Source: an uncultured virus (IMG/VR IMGVR_UViG_3300045927_000049) (Duplodnaviria; Heunggongvirae; Uroviricota; Caudoviricetes). From it: 64,000 nucleotides of DNA. Shown here in pieces: positions 62,514 through 64,000 of the stretch (position 1 is its first letter; the number at the start of each line of letters is the position of its first letter). Under the pieces are notes generated by a model. It searched no databases and was not told where the DNA came from. It saw only the letters and a program-made list of their open reading frames with translations. A program made the translations under genes and the position numbers. The stretch is from the IMG/VR virus record IMGVR_UViG_3300045927_000049, one strand, 5' to 3'.

Positions 62514-63333
62514 TGCGACGGGGATCGCGCCGGTTCAGATCGGCAACCAGATATTCAACGGGCCACCTATGTGGGCGGATGCACAGATAGCAATTGGTGA
62601 CCCACGCAATGTCATCGTCGCCGGGAAGAAGCTGAAGGTACTGTCGAGGTTTGAGCAGGGCAGGAACCGGCTTCAGCGCAATTTCGGTGAGGAGAAGCAA
62701 GGCATCGACTGGTACTACGAAGCGGTGCCGGTCGAGGAAGTGATCGATGCGCTTGGCTGGTGGAACCCGATGCAGTCCGGTCGCCCCAAGCTGTATGCCC
62801 AGAAGCTGCTCGACGGTCTGCCGTCTCCGTGTCCCGGCAAGGGGTTTCGCTGGAAGGCGTGTGGCCTGATGCTCTTCACGCCGCCGGAAGTCGGACGGCA
62901 CCGCTCCAAGAACCGCACCTCATCGGCAGGGTTGGCCCTGCTCAAGCACTGGGCTGAGAGCCGCCCGAAGTTCCGCCCGTTCTTCAATGCTTACTACAGT
63001 GAGAAGGCAGAGCGTGAGATCACCCTGATCTGCGTGGACCTTGCGCTGGGTGTGATGCCCGCTGCTTGGAAGCAGATCATGGAGCGCAACAAGCTGGTGG
63101 TTGAGGTGAAGTCGGAACAGATCAGGAAGAGCATGCACGCACAGGCACAGGCCAACCAGACCTACAGTCAGGGAATTCAGTCAAACATGCTGGCGCAGCA
63201 GGCGATGCTGGCGCAGCAGGCCAACAGCATCAGTAACCAACTGTATGGAATGGGTCAGTCGGCAAGTCAGATTGGTCAGGGTCTTTTGGGAAATCTGTTT
63301 GGGGGAGGATTGAACATCAATGCAAGACGATGA
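62482..63333 (+). CDS. Hypothetical protein with Gln-rich tail
   Basis: 283-aa ORF, AAGGAG RBS. Confidence 0.7.
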   Translation: MAYTTTTPVLSATGIAPVQIGNQIFNGPPMWADAQIAIGDPRNVIVAGKKLKVLSRFEQGRNRLQRNFGEEKQGIDWYYEAVPVEEVIDALGWWNPMQSGRPKLYAQKLLDGLPSPCPGKGFRWKACGLMLFTPPEVGRHRSKNRTSSAGLALLKHWAESRPKFRPFFNAYYSEKAEREITLICVDLALGVMPAAWKQIMERNKLVVEVKSEQIRKSMHAQAQANQTYSQGIQSNMLAQQAMLAQQANSISNQLYGMGQSASQIGQGLLGNLFGGGLNINARR

Positions 63334-63787
63334 GGAAAGAGAAATCGAATTGCTGTCCTCGAAATTCGAGGCAGTGAAGATCGCCATGAACCAAGACAAG
63401 ACGGGGTTCATCCTCAAGCTGTCGGTCCACCCGAACGATGCTCCGGAAGACATCATGCGTGATCCGGTTGGCACCCGCTATCTGGTGGTGGCTGTACGGA
63501 TTGGCGATGAGGGTGAGGCGATTGCCTCACCTTCTCTTCGTGATGGGATCGTGGCGGTTAATCTGGCGGGACAGCTTGCACGGGACAGCCGCTTTCAGAC
63601 ATGGCTGGTGCAGCAGGAATTATCGGACGTGATCTCCGAAGCCGCAGCCGCAGATGCCATCCGTACTCATTGCGGCGTGGTGTCACGTTCTGACCTTAAG
63701 ACCAATGTGGCTGCACGCCGCCGGTTCCTTGCCCTGCGCGACGAATTCGCCAATGATCTGCGCCGTGGCACCGTACCAAAGGGGTAG
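63320..63787 (+). CDS. Hypothetical protein
   Basis: FEAVK...VHPND...FQTWL...CGVVSRSDL. Confidence 0.75.
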   Translation: MQDDEEREIELLSSKFEAVKIAMNQDKTGFILKLSVHPNDAPEDIMRDPVGTRYLVVAVRIGDEGEAIASPSLRDGIVAVNLAGQLARDSRFQTWLVQQELSDVISEAAAADAIRTHCGVVSRSDLKTNVAARRRFLALRDEFANDLRRGTVPKG

Positions 63788-63790
63788 ATT

Positions 63791-64000
63791 ATGGAAGAAT
63801 ATGAGTGGGCAATGAGCAGTTATGTGAGGTCGAAGAAGTTCGAAAAGCTTTCTCCGAACTCCAAGAGAATATACAGCGACGGCATCGATACTCTGGCACC
63901 GTACTTCAGCGGTGTCCTGTTGAAGGATATCGACAGGCCGATGGTGATCGCGTTCCGTGACGCACACTACGATCAACCGGGCAAGTGCCGGGTGGCGATC
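63791..64000 (+). CDS. Partial tyrosine recombinase/integrase (core-binding domain)
   Basis: Hand-translated YVRSKKFEKLSPNSKRIY...LLKDIDRPMVIAFRD...PGK; catalytic domain is outside the window. Confidence 0.65.
   Translation, partial: MEEYEWAMSSYVRSKKFEKLSPNSKRIYSDGIDTLAPYFSGVLLKDIDRPMVIAFRDAHYDQPGKCRVAI

Noticed and set aside
1..64000. Canonical tRNA/rRNA genes, DNA polymerase, RNA polymerase, alternative genetic code
   Set aside because: None recognised; genes are full-length under the standard code and all three stop codons are used

Overview
The whole window is bacteriophage DNA. It is most of the genome of a tailed, P22-portal-type (podovirus-like) and probably temperate phage; an alphaproteobacterial host is inferred from GcrA-like and BrnA-like genes. 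The minus strand from about 37.4 kb to 1 carries the late module: small terminase, accessory and lysis genes (GH19 endolysin), large terminase, portal, GroES, scaffold, major capsid, adaptors, three tail-fibre modules and Gly/Ala-rich ejection-type proteins. The plus strand from about 37.6 to 53 kb carries early and middle genes, including HNH, AlpA-like, a MoxR AAA/DUF3150-like/VWA-peptidase triad and a ParB/MT-A70-like fusion. A minus-strand replication block (primase-helicase, RusA) follows, then a plus-strand recombination block (PD-(D/E)xK nuclease, annealing protein, SSB-like) ending in a truncated tyrosine recombinase. The most striking unexplained features are: (1) five covarying stem-loop elements that separate small early ORFs like gene cassettes (38.5-39.9 kb), preceded by a ~310-nt pseudoknotted leader RNA; (2) two tandem triplets of paralogous receptor-binding proteins, each directly after a fibre gene; (3) a 40-bp inverted repeat with a centred IHF site; (4) further long structured non-coding tracts at 57.7-59.0 kb. 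All family assignments come from motif recognition by eye; no database search or folding program was run.
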